This document shows, one piece after another, positions 37,605-47,748 of a stretch of 64,000 nucleotides of DNA. Location: the NCBI GenBank assembly GCA_964632485.1, contig CAZWDO010000006.1, forward strand, positions 62,001 through 126,000, given 5' to 3'. The DNA is from an uncultured bacterium (lineage in GTDB: Bacteria; JAGOEH01). The notes under the pieces were generated by a model. It searched no databases. It worked only from the letters and a program-made list of their open reading frames with translations, and had not been told where the DNA came from. The position numbers were made by a program, and so were the translations under genes. Each line of letters starts with the position of its first letter. Position 1 is the first letter of the stretch.

Positions 37605-38939
37605 ATGCGCATCGTCATTGTAGGGATGGGTGAGGTCGGGTCATATTTGGCGGAAATTTTATCAAAAGATAAAAATGATGTGATCGGTATTGATATGGAC
37701 CGCCGTAAGCTGACATTATTGGAAGATCAACTGGATATCCAGATCATTGAAGGTTACGGAGCCGCGCCCAAAGTACTGAAACAGGCTGATGTTGGCAGCG
37801 CGGATATCTTTTTAGCTGTGTCGAATAACGATGAGGTCAATCTGGTTTCCGCTCTCATCGCCCAACGCCTGGGCGCCTCCTTTACGGTGGCGCGGGTCAG
37901 TAATGCGAATTATCTGGATGAAGAACAATTAGGTGAGTATGGAACAATCGGGATCGATATGGTTATTTCCCCTGAACGACGAACCGCTTTGACTATTTTT
38001 CAGGCTATTGAATATCCCTATTTTTTAAAAGTCAATGCTATTGGACGGGGTAATGTCTTTATTAACCAGTTCTTGGTAACACACGAATCTCCGTTTACGT
38101 ATAAAAAGATTAAAGATATTGCCCTGGATCCAGATATTTTAATTGTGGGAATTAACCGCCGGCAGAATTTTATGTTTCCCAACGGTGAAACGACTATTTT
38201 CCCCCACGATACGCTTTTTCTGGCTGGGAAAAAAAAAGCGATGGATGGTTTAAGCGATCTCTTTCCAATCGCGCAAAAAAAAATCAAGCGGATTCTTATT
38301 CTGGGCGGCAGTTCCATTGCATTTTCCTTAGCGCGTTTAGCTGAGAACAAATATCGCGTAATTATCATTGAACCCGATGCCGAACGCAGTAATCGAGTCG
38401 CACAGGCGTTGATTAACTCAACTGTATATAATCTGGATGTTTTTGAATCAAGCGCGATGGATGAATTACAGCCCAATGAGAACGATTATTTTATCGCCGC
38501 TACCGGTAACGATGAAATCAATTTCCTCTCGGCGATCCTGATGAGGGATCGGGGTGTTTCCATGATCGCCATGGTAATGCATAATTCGCAATTACTGAAT
38601 ATTGTTACTAAAATGGGTATTTACCAGGTTTTTAGTCCCCGGATGATTATCAGTAACGATATCGTGCGCGCCATCCGCGAGCGGGATTTAATCACACTCC
38701 ACAGTATTAAAAATGTGAGCGCTGAGTTTGTCGAATTTCACCTTAAAAGCCACTCTCCCTTAGTTGATAAACAGATTCGCGATCTGAAACTTCCTTCCAA
38801 GACCATTTTAATTGCCGCCATTCGGGGTAAAGAGGTATTGATTATTAAGGGGAATGCTATTTTACAAGCGGATGATTATGTTGTCGTTTTATGTCTGAAA
38901 AAGAATCAACGTGAAATAGAAAAATTATTCAATCCATAA
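37605..38939 (+). CDS. trkA: Trk potassium uptake system NAD-binding subunit
   Basis: Two RCK_N/RCK_C pairs: IVGMGEVG, DEVNL, ISPE, ILGGS, DEIN. Confidence 0.95.
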   Translation: MRIVIVGMGEVGSYLAEILSKDKNDVIGIDMDRRKLTLLEDQLDIQIIEGYGAAPKVLKQADVGSADIFLAVSNNDEVNLVSALIAQRLGASFTVARVSNANYLDEEQLGEYGTIGIDMVISPERRTALTIFQAIEYPYFLKVNAIGRGNVFINQFLVTHESPFTYKKIKDIALDPDILIVGINRRQNFMFPNGETTIFPHDTLFLAGKKKAMDGLSDLFPIAQKKIKRILILGGSSIAFSLARLAENKYRVIIIEPDAERSNRVAQALINSTVYNLDVFESSAMDELQPNENDYFIAATGNDEINFLSAILMRDRGVSMIAMVMHNSQLLNIVTKMGIYQVFSPRMIISNDIVRAIRERDLITLHSIKNVSAEFVEFHLKSHSPLVDKQIRDLKLPSKTILIAAIRGKEVLIIKGNAILQADDYVVVLCLKKNQREIEKLFNP

Positions 38940-40390
38940 TGCGACCACGAGTAATATTTTATCTGTTTGGTTTGCTAATCGTCTTTCTGGGGGTCAATAT
39001 GCTGGCGTCCATGGCCTGGTCGCTTTATTACGGGGAACCCCAGTGGCTTGATTTTTTATTTACAATCGTGGGAACATTTATTGTGGGGGGAGGATTAATT
39101 TGGCGGGGATGGTCCGGGACAAATTTTACCATTTATAAAAAAGAAGCGTTGATGATAGTCAGTGGGTCCTGGATTATTTCCGGGTTGTTCGGCGCCGTTC
39201 CGCTTTATATCTCGGGGTACGCGCCATGTTATATCGATGCTTTTTTTGAAATTGTTTCCGGATTCACAACTACTGGTGCGTCAATTCTGTCGAATGTTGA
39301 AGTACTTCCCAAAGGGTTGCTTTTTTGGCGGAGTTATACGCACTGGCTGGGTGGTATGGGAATCATTGTTCTGTTTGTCGCTCTGATTCCTTTTGTCGGC
39401 GCCAGTGGGAAAAAGATGTATCAATTCGAGGCCCCTGGGCCGGATGTGGAAGGAATCAAGCCTACAATCCAGTTAACCTCACTCATTCTGTGGGCAATTT
39501 ATATCGGGTTTACATTGCTGGAGTCCATTTTATTGATGCTTGCCGGCATGCCACTTTTTGATGCGCTGTGCCATACTTTCGGTACCATGGGGACGGGCGG
39601 TTTCTCCACCAAAAATGCCTCCATCGCTTACTATTCCAATCCGTGGATTCATATTATTATCCTTGTTTTTATGATCAGCGCCGGTACAAATTTTACGTTG
39701 TACTACTATTTTTTTAAACGGAAAACCTCGTTGATTTGGCGTGATAGTGAATACCGGGTTTACCTCATCATTACGTTGATATCCATCGCTATTGTTTCCG
39801 GATTGCTAATTCGACATCGGCAATTTACCAATTGGGATGAAGCATTTTTATATGGAAGCTTTAACACGGTTTCTGTGATGACTACTACCGGTTATGCTAC
39901 TGCCGATTTTGATCAATGGTCTGACTCAATTAAAATTATTTTGTTCGCGCTGATGTTTATTGGTGGATGCGGGGGATCGACTGCTGGAGGAATAAAAATT
40001 ATTCGATTCATAATACTTGTCAAGTATGCCTACAATCAGATTATTAAGTCCTATGTTCCTCATCGTCGCTTCATCTTGCGTGTTTCGAACAAAGTGATTG
40101 ACAAGGATGTTGTTAAACGCACATTATCTTATTTTTTCTTACATATATTTTTATTTATTGGAGGGGTGATATTAATGGGGATCGCGGGGACAGATTGGAT
40201 TTCCGCTTTTAGTTCGGTGGCAGCATGTTTAAATAATATCGGTCCCGGATTCGGCCAGGTGGGCCCGCTTTGCAATTATGGATTTTTACCCGGTTTTGCC
40301 AAGTTAGCATTGTCTTTTTTTATGATTGCCGGCCGGTTGGAGATCTATGCCCTGTTGGTTCTGTTCATCCCCGATTATTGGCGGCGCTGA
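38939..40390 (+). CDS. trkH: Trk potassium uptake membrane subunit
   Basis: SGFTTTGA, WLGGMGII, GTGGFS, TTTGY, GGCGGSTAGGIK, NNIGPG, GRLE. Confidence 0.96.
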   Translation: MRPRVIFYLFGLLIVFLGVNMLASMAWSLYYGEPQWLDFLFTIVGTFIVGGGLIWRGWSGTNFTIYKKEALMIVSGSWIISGLFGAVPLYISGYAPCYIDAFFEIVSGFTTTGASILSNVEVLPKGLLFWRSYTHWLGGMGIIVLFVALIPFVGASGKKMYQFEAPGPDVEGIKPTIQLTSLILWAIYIGFTLLESILLMLAGMPLFDALCHTFGTMGTGGFSTKNASIAYYSNPWIHIIILVFMISAGTNFTLYYYFFKRKTSLIWRDSEYRVYLIITLISIAIVSGLLIRHRQFTNWDEAFLYGSFNTVSVMTTTGYATADFDQWSDSIKIILFALMFIGGCGGSTAGGIKIIRFIILVKYAYNQIIKSYVPHRRFILRVSNKVIDKDVVKRTLSYFFLHIFLFIGGVILMGIAGTDWISAFSSVAACLNNIGPGFGQVGPLCNYGFLPGFAKLALSFFMIAGRLEIYALLVLFIPDYWRR

Positions 40391-41592
40391 ACATCGTGGA
40401 CATCGATCATGATAAGGGCAATATCGTCGTTTTGGTGAAAGCTTTGCGCTTTGAGCTCTTCGATGACGTGTTCCGCCAACCCTGGCTGATGGCGCCATTT
40501 ACGTAATAGTTCCAGAAATCGGGGTAATCCGAACATCTCCCGCTGGTCATTTCTTGCTTCTACTATTCCATCCGTATAAAAGACCAGTTGTTGATTGTTC
40601 AATAACTGGATTTCATGGGAGTCATAGACGGCATCTTCAAAACAACCTAAAGGGAATCCACCGATCGTAGGAATGGCTTCAATGGCGCCGTTATGATCAA
40701 TCAACAAGGGGGGGATATGCCCGGCCAGCGTATAAGTCAGTAGCCGGGTCTGGGTGTTCAGAATCCCGTAAAATGCGGGTATAAGTACGGATTCCCCTTC
40801 CTCAGTATTTTTATATTCATTTGCCATAAATTCCTGGTTAATCCGTGTCATCACCTCATTGGGTGAATTGATCTGCAATTCCTGGGGGGATTGATTTTTA
40901 TAAAAATGTCGTATAGCGCCTGCTAAAAAGACGACGATCATGGCAGCCGATACCCCATGTCCTGTTACATCGCCAAAAAAAATTCCAATATTCTCTTTGT
41001 CAAGATGGAAAATATTATAATAATCCCCACCTACCAGCTCAGAGGGCAGGTACATAATCTGGAAGGTAATGTCGGGAATTTTTGGCAGTTCTTTGGGCAA
41101 CATCCCGATTTGGATATATTGGGCCATTTTTAAGTCGGCGAGTAGGTTGTCGTATGCTTGCTTCAGTTCCAGATTCTGGGTAATGATATGCCGTCGCATC
41201 TGCATATTTTCCAGGCCATTGGTGATGGTTTGGATTAATTGATCCTTGTCGATCGGCTTGAAAAGAAAGGCAAAAATCCCCCCTTTGTTGATGGCCCGGG
41301 CGATGTCATCTTTTTCTGCCTGGCCGCTGAGTATAATTTTGCATAAATCCGGGTGTTTTATATGGATACGGCTGAGCATCTCACTTCCCCGCAAACCCGG
41401 CATCATTTCGTCAGACAGGATCAAGTCAACCTCATTTTCTTCTAAAAACGGCTCAACTTCAAAGGGATTGCTGAAAGCATGGATTTTATAATCCCGTCTT
41501 AACAATCGTTTCAGACCATTCAATACAGCCAGATCATCGTCAACGATAACCAGCACAGGGAGGTTTGATTCCGCGGGGGAATGGAGTTCCAT
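40375..41592 (-). CDS. Response regulator receiver fused to SpoIIE/PP2C phosphatase (RsbU-like)
   Basis: REC: IVDDD, SDEMMPG, FKP. PP2C: VGGDYY, GDVTGHG, AGH.PP, YTDGIVEA, DDIAL. Confidence 0.93.
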   Translation of the reverse strand: MELHSPAESNLPVLVIVDDDLAVLNGLKRLLRRDYKIHAFSNPFEVEPFLEENEVDLILSDEMMPGLRGSEMLSRIHIKHPDLCKIILSGQAEKDDIARAINKGGIFAFLFKPIDKDQLIQTITNGLENMQMRRHIITQNLELKQAYDNLLADLKMAQYIQIGMLPKELPKIPDITFQIMYLPSELVGGDYYNIFHLDKENIGIFFGDVTGHGVSAAMIVVFLAGAIRHFYKNQSPQELQINSPNEVMTRINQEFMANEYKNTEEGESVLIPAFYGILNTQTRLLTYTLAGHIPPLLIDHNGAIEAIPTIGGFPLGCFEDAVYDSHEIQLLNNQQLVFYTDGIVEARNDQREMFGLPRFLELLRKWRHQPGLAEHVIEELKAQSFHQNDDIALIMIDVHDVQRRQ

Positions 41593-41619
41593 ATTAATCT
41601 TCTCCTTAAAAGTATATTT

Positions 41620-43359
41620 CTATGAAGTGATCATCACCGGTAGCTGAATAATAAATTCGGTTCCCTGTCCTTCTTCTGATTCAACGCTTATCTGACCATG
41701 GTGCGATTCAATGATTTGATGGCAGATATTGAGTCCCAGTCCAGTTCCCTGGCCAATGATCTTGGTTGTAAAAAAAGGATCGAAAATTCGATGTTTAATT
41801 TCCTTTTTTATCCCTGTTCCGTTATCCTTAAACCGGATTTCTATTAGTGATTGCTCTTCAAAATACGTAGTGGAAATGCGGAGTTCGCTTTGATTGATCG
41901 ATAACCCTTTTTCTTTGATCGCATCGCGGGCATTGATGATCAGATTGATAAATACCTGGCCCAGTTCCTGCGGTGAGCCTTGAACAACAGGCAGGTTTTC
42001 ACTTAGCTGAGGCGCAATCGTCAGGTCGTATTTGATCTGGTTATAGGCCAGCGTAATCGCATCCTCCAGGATTTCGTTTACATTACAAGTCGTTAAATTT
42101 AAATCGGCATACGCCATCCGCTTCGTGCTTTTGACAATATTTTCAATCCGAATCAGGGATTCATCGTTTTCCTGGGCAATTTCATGTATTTCATCAAAAA
42201 TTAGATCAAGGTCCATTCTTTCAATTTTACTTTTAAGTTGATCGATACGGATCGTGTACTCTTCAGGTGACGATTCGAAAAGTGGCAATAATTGATCCAT
42301 TAACTCCTGCAAATCCTGGATATTGAGCTTGAGGCTTTCCATGGAAAACTTAATGGCTTGGGTCGGATTATTAATTTCATGGGCGATTCCGGCTACCATG
42401 GTGCCCAGTGACGCCAGCTTTTCCTGTTTGATGATAAGTTCTTTACTTTCATCTAATTGCCGGTAGGCTTTTTCCAATTGATGGTTTTTATCCGCCAGTG
42501 TAGAGATTTTGTTTTCCAGTTCAGCCGCCATAGCGTCAAATGATTTGGCAAGTTGACCCAGTTCATCATTGCGGGAACAATTCAGTCGGTGGTCATAGTT
42601 TCCTCTGGCGATATGGGTCGTCGCGTGGATCACATTGCCCAATTGTCGCATTAGTACCCGAAATATTAAGTTTTGGGCAATTATCGTCAACACCAGTAAA
42701 AAGAAACCAATTGATGCAACTATTAAAAATATTTGAAATAATTGTTGATTGAATCGTTCCAGTGATATTACCAGTACCAGATATCCGGCTGTAATGCGGG
42801 CGCTGCCGACATTCGTGATATCGTCCGCTAATAACATGTCTTCCTCGTTGCGTACCTGGGGCGATATTTCGATGGGACTGGCGAAAAGCAGGACGTCCCG
42901 ATCCGCCAATTTCAATTGTTGGCCGGTAATCCGGGGATGGGATTGAATATAATAGAGAAATTCCGTTGGCAGGATTTCTCCATTCACCATCTCTTCCTTG
43001 TACCCCGTATTGTAGAGCGCCATAGTAATAATATCCTGGATAAGGGATACTTTGTTGAATTGCGTCAGAATTTCATTTTTAAATTCATCAGAACCGATTT
43101 TTTGGGCTAACGACTGGGGAGAAGTATCTGAAAAATCATGGGGAAACTGGGAAAGTACCTGGGCAATGGTGGTCTCAATAGCCTCAATCCCTGTATCCTT
43201 GTAAAAATCCAGCATGTGATGGCTCATCGATCTTTGCGTTAACAGCGTCATTAAGGTGATGGTAATCAATACCAGGGCATTGGTGAGCAAGCGTATTCGA
43301 AATAATAGAGAATGCCGGAATTGATCGATCAGATACCGTATAAATCTCATTCGACCCAC
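41620..43359 (-). CDS. Membrane HAMP sensor histidine kinase (NtrB-like H-box)
   Basis: Two TM helices with a periplasmic domain, HAMP (DELGQLAKSFDAM), EKLASLG..VAGIAHEINNP, NLIINARDA, DNGTG, FDPFFTTK, GTGLGL. Confidence 0.95.
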   Translation of the reverse strand: MGRMRFIRYLIDQFRHSLLFRIRLLTNALVLITITLMTLLTQRSMSHHMLDFYKDTGIEAIETTIAQVLSQFPHDFSDTSPQSLAQKIGSDEFKNEILTQFNKVSLIQDIITMALYNTGYKEEMVNGEILPTEFLYYIQSHPRITGQQLKLADRDVLLFASPIEISPQVRNEEDMLLADDITNVGSARITAGYLVLVISLERFNQQLFQIFLIVASIGFFLLVLTIIAQNLIFRVLMRQLGNVIHATTHIARGNYDHRLNCSRNDELGQLAKSFDAMAAELENKISTLADKNHQLEKAYRQLDESKELIIKQEKLASLGTMVAGIAHEINNPTQAIKFSMESLKLNIQDLQELMDQLLPLFESSPEEYTIRIDQLKSKIERMDLDLIFDEIHEIAQENDESLIRIENIVKSTKRMAYADLNLTTCNVNEILEDAITLAYNQIKYDLTIAPQLSENLPVVQGSPQELGQVFINLIINARDAIKEKGLSINQSELRISTTYFEEQSLIEIRFKDNGTGIKKEIKHRIFDPFFTTKIIGQGTGLGLNICHQIIESHHGQISVESEEGQGTEFIIQLPVMITS

Positions 43360-44252
43360 TTGATGTTTGGTAAATCAGTGATAGTGTATTTCTTTTTTAA
43401 ATCTTTTTTTAGATAGATATAAATTTCTTCCGGTACTTCACGGGGAAAGCGTTGGGCAGGATAGCGCAGTACTCGGCTCACTAAGTTGGCGGTTTGAATT
43501 CCGATCGATTGCGCATCAATATTAATAGCCACATGCGCTCCAGGATCGGTTTTTAAGTAAATATAGGAAGGAACCAGAATAATGGCTTGTTTTTGATTGA
43601 GTGGCCGAAACATATCGACGAGTATCGATTTGGAATAGATACTGGGGTCGGGTAGAACCCAAAAAAGGGTTTTATCGCGAATTTTGCGTAATACGCTGGG
43701 AATTTGCCGACTGTTATAGACCACATAAGAAGAAAAACTGATCTCACGTTTTTGGGCTTCTTCTTTGATGCGGTTGACATCGTTGAAAAAATTCTCTGAA
43801 TAAAGAGTGGTTAATTCCCATTGCCGACCAAAAAGTTTGATTAAAATTTCCAGAGTGGTTCCTTCGTCGATATTCATCGTGACACCGGTAAAAAGATCGG
43901 GCAACCGCTCTTGTATCGGATAATCTCCTTTATAAGAAAGCATACTGAAAATAATGGGGACCGGTGGTTTTTTTTCATAAATATAGGAAGTGGCGCTATT
44001 GCCGAAAGATATTATTAGATCAGGCAAGGTATCCGTGAGCATATTGTCCAGCTTAGATAGTTCATCGACTTTGAAAACAAATTCTTTAAAAATCAGTTTA
44101 GTATGGTTCTCCTGCAATTTTTCTATAAAGGCTTCCTTCGCTTTTCTCAATTCCGTATAATCTCCGCTCAGGAGAATCAGGATGGTTTCTCCTTGAATGG
44201 AAATACGAAAAAAAAGGAAAAAGATTACAATCATCCAGAGGTTATTTTTCAT
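43347..44252 (-). CDS. Periplasmic ABC-type substrate-binding protein (ABC_sub_bind-like, type I PBP)
   Basis: Signal peptide, PDLIISFGNSA, PIIFSM, TGV, FWVLPD, IGIQTA.LV. No ABC permease or ATPase nearby. Confidence 0.75.
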   Translation of the reverse strand: MKNNLWMIVIFFLFFRISIQGETILILLSGDYTELRKAKEAFIEKLQENHTKLIFKEFVFKVDELSKLDNMLTDTLPDLIISFGNSATSYIYEKKPPVPIIFSMLSYKGDYPIQERLPDLFTGVTMNIDEGTTLEILIKLFGRQWELTTLYSENFFNDVNRIKEEAQKREISFSSYVVYNSRQIPSVLRKIRDKTLFWVLPDPSIYSKSILVDMFRPLNQKQAIILVPSYIYLKTDPGAHVAINIDAQSIGIQTANLVSRVLRYPAQRFPREVPEEIYIYLKKDLKKKYTITDLPNIKWVE

Positions 44253-44254
44253 TT

Positions 44255-46726
44255 TTAGTATATAAATTTAATGTTGAAGGAAATAATTCGGCCTAAATTT
44301 TTGCCTTGGTCGAGATTGAAAAGATACAGGGAATTAATATCGTGATAATTGTCGATGTTGTAGGAATTTTGCGGGTATTCGTAATGGCGGTTGTTGAGGA
44401 GATTTTTGGCGGCCAGGGTGAAAACGGTGTTTTTCCAGTTGAAGGTCAGCGCGGCATTGGTCAACCAGTATGCCGGCACGGACATATACATGCCATTATA
44501 ATATGAAACCCAATTTTTTGAAGGGCCGGTATAGAAGAGTGTACTCGTCAGATGCCAGCGGGATGCAAGCCGCAATTCGAAGCCCATGTTGAATTTATGC
44601 TGTGGAGTATGTCCCTCTTGTTGGGCGGCGCGGCGAAAAACTTCAAATGTATTTTCCGCCCAGGGCAAATCCAGGTACTGATATTTGCCGCTTTTAATCG
44701 GTTCTGTATTGGCATTTGGGAATTTTTCAATCAATGTGGCTGAATCCAACTGCATATCGCTGATATGAATTTGAGAATAATTAGAAAAAATCGATAATAT
44801 CGGGCTATCCCACCGAATGCTGATTTCTCCCCCAAGAGTTTTATAGCTGCCGAAATTGAAAAACATCCAGGGTGAAGTGGGATGTCCTTTTTCTTCAATG
44901 CCCATCAAATTGATCAAATCCTGCAATTCATTATAGAAAAAACTCAAATCCCATGATAACGCGTAACTTTGTGAGACTTTTTTAAGTTTTTGCCAGCCAA
45001 ATTCAAGTGATTTGATCGATTCCGCCATTAATGCGCGGTTGTTTCTGAGTTTTTTTTCCGGTATCCCCAGGGAATCTTCGCCGGTTTCAATATATGTGTA
45101 ATTATGAAACCCCTCGAGATACCCGCCGCGAATAAACGTATTGTCTGTATAAGATTCAAAATAGGAGGGATTCCGGAAGGCCCGTGAGAAAATGAAGCGC
45201 AGGGTATGGTTTTTCAGGGATATATTCAATGATGCGCGGGGTGACTGATGGAATCCGGCCCGTGGATGATAGTCGTAACGTTCCCCATAATGCAATCCCA
45301 CATTCCGCATCAGACGGTATTGTATCTGCCAGTAAAACCCCAGTTGAAGCTGGTCATACGAAGGATAGGGTTCAGTCCTGTAAGGAGTAAAGAGGTTACT
45401 GGAAGCATTGCTATAACGAAGGTTCAAACCCGTCAGAATAGTATTCTCGGGGATATCGCCCATATTGGTTACTTCGTGTATAATTTCCGCATCCCAAATG
45501 TTATTGGCTATTTTATCATTATCACAAAAATTTGGTATGAAGTTCGATTCAATTAGACTCATTTGTTGGTTAAGCCAATGAGCGCGTAGAATCAGGTTCG
45601 ATTTGGGATGTAAAAACTCGCGCCAGTCAGTATCAAAATGCAGATAACCAAATTGGTTCTCCATAATTAACGCGCCTGGCAGCAGACTCATAATATTATC
45701 AGTGTTCGCTTGTGAATAACTGGTTTCGAGGCTGAAGGTGAGATTCCGAGAGGCATAATAGTCGCTACGGAAATTGAAAAAATAGTTTTCAGCGCCGCGT
45801 TTCCTTTTTAAATATTTATCGGCTTTAGCTTTAGCTTCGCCAAATGTGCTTTCAAGTTCTTCCCGGATTGCATTGTATAAACTGTCAGTGCCAATATTGG
45901 CATAGAAAAATTGATCGAAGGTCAAACCGGTTGGCAATGGTTCACCGGTTTGTTCTTCATAGTAACTGGCGAATCCTTCGTCAAAGGTGAGGTTTCGTGT
46001 TTCTGACCAATCGCGTAGGAATCCGTAGGATTCGCGACGGATGGTTTCAATAGTGAGAGCTGCTCCTTTTTCAAAAGAAATTTCATTGGTTTGCCAGCGT
46101 CCGGTGGTTCCCCAACCCACGGAAGCGCGAAATGAAAAGTTCTGGCGGATATGGGAGGCGATGGCGTTGGAGGAATAGGTCCGGTTGGTACCGATGGTGG
46201 AAGAGAGTATCAGTTGGGGCAGCTCTTCAGAGCCTTTAGTGATGATATGAATAATCCCTAAATATGCATTCGCGCCGTAAAGAGCGGAACCTGGGCCGCG
46301 GATAATTTCGATCTGTTTGACAGCGGACAGAGGGATCGGCAGAGCTTGCCAGTCGATGAGCCCGTGAAAATCGGAATAGAGTGAATGATTGTCCACCATG
46401 AGCAGGATTCGTCGCGATAGCAGATCATTGAATCCACGGATTGAAATATTGTAAGCGCCGCTGGTGGGTTGCATAAAATCAATACCGGGAACCCGCCGGA
46501 GCAGGTCCATAATCGTCAATGCGCCGCTGTGTTCAATCTCTTCGCTAGTAATGACGGTAATAGAAGAGGGCGCTTGCGAAGCCTTGAGAGACCCTCGCGA
46601 GGCTGTAATAACCATAATATCATCGGCCCATAATAAATCATCTAACTGCTCTTCATCTTGCGCCATGATCGAGCCAGCCCACAGACTCCACCCGATGCAC
46701 CACAATAATAGGAGATGTCTCATCAC
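44255..46726 (-). CDS. TonB-dependent receptor
   Basis: Signal peptide, TonB-box-like DIMVITA, plug motifs (APSSITVIT, LLRRVPG, SIRGF, IEIIRGPGSALYGANA), AFRNPS, NLLN, C-terminal aromatic residue (KFIY). Confidence 0.93.
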   Translation of the reverse strand: MMRHLLLLWCIGWSLWAGSIMAQDEEQLDDLLWADDIMVITASRGSLKASQAPSSITVITSEEIEHSGALTIMDLLRRVPGIDFMQPTSGAYNISIRGFNDLLSRRILLMVDNHSLYSDFHGLIDWQALPIPLSAVKQIEIIRGPGSALYGANAYLGIIHIITKGSEELPQLILSSTIGTNRTYSSNAIASHIRQNFSFRASVGWGTTGRWQTNEISFEKGAALTIETIRRESYGFLRDWSETRNLTFDEGFASYYEEQTGEPLPTGLTFDQFFYANIGTDSLYNAIREELESTFGEAKAKADKYLKRKRGAENYFFNFRSDYYASRNLTFSLETSYSQANTDNIMSLLPGALIMENQFGYLHFDTDWREFLHPKSNLILRAHWLNQQMSLIESNFIPNFCDNDKIANNIWDAEIIHEVTNMGDIPENTILTGLNLRYSNASSNLFTPYRTEPYPSYDQLQLGFYWQIQYRLMRNVGLHYGERYDYHPRAGFHQSPRASLNISLKNHTLRFIFSRAFRNPSYFESYTDNTFIRGGYLEGFHNYTYIETGEDSLGIPEKKLRNNRALMAESIKSLEFGWQKLKKVSQSYALSWDLSFFYNELQDLINLMGIEEKGHPTSPWMFFNFGSYKTLGGEISIRWDSPILSIFSNYSQIHISDMQLDSATLIEKFPNANTEPIKSGKYQYLDLPWAENTFEVFRRAAQQEGHTPQHKFNMGFELRLASRWHLTSTLFYTGPSKNWVSYYNGMYMSVPAYWLTNAALTFNWKNTVFTLAAKNLLNNRHYEYPQNSYNIDNYHDINSLYLFNLDQGKNLGRIISFNIKFIY

Positions 46727-46753
46727 TGACTCCCGGTTCGGTGGTTGTTCATT

Positions 46754-47734
46754 TTATCCCATCTCTTTGAGGTTTTCCTGTATTTTATCTTCGATTGTTC
46801 TGCATATCCTCAGCGCTTTTAATCCATCCTCGCCATTGACGGCAGGTTCCCGATGCTGGAGTATGCTGTCAACAAATTCGCTCAGTTCCGCTTTTAACGG
46901 CTCCCGGTCAAGAGTGTATTGTTTCATATTGAAATCCGTGAGCGAAAATCCTTCGGTATAAAGAGTGTCCTTACGATCAATTGCCTGGGCATTCAAGGAT
47001 ATGACTTTAGTATATTTTTCCAGAAAATCGATGGATATGTAACTGTTTTCCTGGAAAAGCCGTAATTTTCGCATTTTTTTCTGGGAAATACGCGACGTGG
47101 TCAGATTGACAACACAGCCCCCGCTAAATTTCATGCGTACATTGGCGATATCAATATGCGGAGTAATGACGGATACGCCAGCCGAATCGATCGATTCAGG
47201 TTCACTTCCCATAATTTTTAAAATGATATCGATATCGTGAATCATCAAATCATAAATGACAGCCACATCGGTACCCCTTGGGTTAAATGGCGCCAGGCGA
47301 TGCCCCTCGATAAATTTTGGCTTTAAGGTCAGATGCCGCATCACCTCCATGGCCGGATTAAAACGTTCTGTATGGCCGACCATTAAATTTAAACCGTTAG
47401 TTCTGAACAATGAGACTAAGGATTCTGCCGTTTCAATTTGATCGGTTATCGGTTTCTCGATGAGCGCGTGGCAGCCAGCCGTGGCGGCCAATCGTCCGAT
47501 TTCGTAATGGCTGGAAGTCGGTACGGCGCAGGATACGGCGCTACATTGTTCCAAAAGGGATTCAGGAGAAGAATAGGCGCGTGTTTGATATTCCCGGGCC
47601 ACAGTTTCCGCTTGTTGCGCATTCTGGTCATAAATACCTACTAATTCAACTTTCTCAGATAATTCTGAATAAACTCGTGTATGAATTCGCCCCAGATGTC
47701 CTACGCCAATTACGCCGATTTTGACCCTATCCAC
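46754..47734 (-). CDS. Gfo/Idh/MocA oxidoreductase (GnnA-like UDP-GlcNAc 3-dehydrogenase)
   Basis: IGVGHLG..H, IEKPI, VGHTERFNP, RGTDVAVIYDLMIHDIDI, DIANVR, SRIS.KKMRKLR.F. Confidence 0.85.
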   Translation of the reverse strand: MDRVKIGVIGVGHLGRIHTRVYSELSEKVELVGIYDQNAQQAETVAREYQTRAYSSPESLLEQCSAVSCAVPTSSHYEIGRLAATAGCHALIEKPITDQIETAESLVSLFRTNGLNLMVGHTERFNPAMEVMRHLTLKPKFIEGHRLAPFNPRGTDVAVIYDLMIHDIDIILKIMGSEPESIDSAGVSVITPHIDIANVRMKFSGGCVVNLTTSRISQKKMRKLRLFQENSYISIDFLEKYTKVISLNAQAIDRKDTLYTEGFSLTDFNMKQYTLDREPLKAELSEFVDSILQHREPAVNGEDGLKALRICRTIEDKIQENLKEMG

Positions 47735-47748
47735 ACGTTCTCCTTTGC

